Shown piece by piece: positions 62,646-64,000 of a DNA stretch of 64,000 nt. The notes beneath the pieces were generated by a model. That model saw only the letters and a list, made by a program, of their open reading frames with translations. It did not search any database and was not told where the DNA came from. Position 1 is the stretch's first letter. Every line of letters begins with the position of its first letter. The position numbers and the translations under genes were made by a program. The stretch comes from Octopus sinensis (taxonomy: Eukaryota). Where the stretch lies: positions 23,684,001 to 23,748,000 of the forward strand of contig NC_043022.1 of NCBI RefSeq assembly GCF_006345805.1, written 5' to 3'.

Positions 62646-62954
62646 AGTACATGTATATATTTCATTATACAATATATATATATATTTAACCTGCTGTTAG
62701 CATCCCTCTAGCTTCCTCATCTCATGCACCTCCTCCCACTTTAACCCCTTCTTAGTTTTTACAGGTGTTTCTTCTCTTCCTCTCTCCCTTGTCCCTAAAC
62801 TCTTGCAAACCACCACCCAACCACCAATTCATTCTCACACTGCCCCTTAAATGTAAATAGCAATGTAGCTCTACCCCAACTTCTTCTCTCATACTTTAGC
62901 CCCACCTAACATAAGGATGCTTTCACCATCCTCAGATTTTGTACACTTGCTAGC

Positions 62955-63150
62955 TGCATGGTAACCCCATGGAAAAAGCACCCAGCTCACACTGTTAAGT
63001 GGTTGGCTTTAGGAAGAACATCCAGCTGTAGAAACCATGCCAAAGTGGGCACTGGAGCATGATGCAGTCCTTGGACCCATCAGATTCTGTCGAGCAATTC
63101 AATCCATGCCAGCTTGGGAAATAGACATTAAATGATGAGGATAATGATAT
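62955..63150 (-). mobile_element. 5'-truncated RTE-like 3' tail (degenerate; orientation read from motif context)
   Basis: AAGTGGTTGGCTTTAGGAAGAACATCCAGCTGTAGAAACC...CCATGCCAGC..GACATTAAATGATGAG; the motif order as written is on the + strand, so the strand call is uncertain. Confidence 0.45.
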
Positions 63151-64000
63151 ATATATATTAACTGAAAGATCTTTCTGCATCTATAAATGGTTCTTATAGT
63201 TTTTAGGAGCAATTATACAAAGGATGTCTTCTTCATGTAGTAAACACTTGCCCAAGGTACCATGCAGTAGAATCGAGCCTGGTTTCCCATGGTTACAAAG
63301 CTGACCTCTTAAGCACATGGTTGGCTATGCCTGCACTTGAGCATTCCAAACTCCATAACTATTTCAGCAAGAACAGTGTAGTCTATGCTTTGCTGACAAC
63401 ATCTAATAAGACTGAAACATTTCCAGAATTGTCTCCCATACTTACTAGAAATAATCAAAATATCATTTAGTCATTGAGCTAATGTTTTTACCTCACAATA
63501 CAATTATTTCTAATTAGATATTTGTTGCACACTACATTAAATATGCTAACAGTAGCTTAACTATTGTTTTTTGATGTGAACAATGTCTCTGAGTAATTAA
63601 ATGCAGTTTTTTTCCTTTTGGAAGTGAGGGCAAGATTGCTTAAGAGAAACTAATTTAAAATGCATCATAGACTAGATTAACAGGAAAATAAAGATAAATT
63701 TAACAGCTAGGGCAAGAATGAGGGACAACACGCCAGCTGGGGCAAGAATGAGTGGTAATTTACAAGCTAGTGTAGAAATTAGGGGTGGTTTACCAGCTAG
63801 GCGGTGGCTGTCACAGACTTTTTATTGTATAAACAGCACATATTTTTTGTGGAATAGGTTTATGGTAAGCACTTATAGATAAATATCTTTCCATCTCTCT
63901 CTCTCTCTCTCTCACTCTATATATATACACACATACATACATACACACACATATATATAAATACAAATATTAACATATATATATATATATATATATACAC

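Overview
Eukaryotic, AT-rich, microsatellite-dense genomic DNA whose repeat landscape (tRNA-derived SINEs, RTE/CR1 LINE relics, mariner/maT/hAT/piggyBac-type elements) looks like an octopod cephalopod. The species assignment is inference from repeat style. The only host gene I can support is an internal part of a + strand smoothelin-like gene, recovered by hand because the ORF track misses most of it. I find 15 exons at 1840-44766. The first carries the smoothelin motif (LEKVDNFEERKKIRARLREIR); every later exon is a symmetric phase 1-1 cassette whose length is a multiple of 3. The most notable structure is an array of eight tandemly duplicated 108-114 nt exons (10351-20773) encoding a ~37-aa acidic/Ser/Lys/Asn repeat. 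All its indels are frame-preserving, DKEN/NKEN is kept in every copy, one copy has lost its donor but has an in-frame alternative, and the newest copy comes from a near-perfect 1077-bp duplication. Also notable: a candidate intronic polyadenylation isoform after exon 2, a palindromic mariner made of two 5' ends, a maT fold-back, a 5S rRNA pseudogene and a HERO-like RLE retrotransposon relic. No CRISPR, intact transposase or intact tRNA was found. TE boundaries are approximate (about +/-20 bp unless TIR/TSD positions are given), and family names come from recalled motifs, not database searches.
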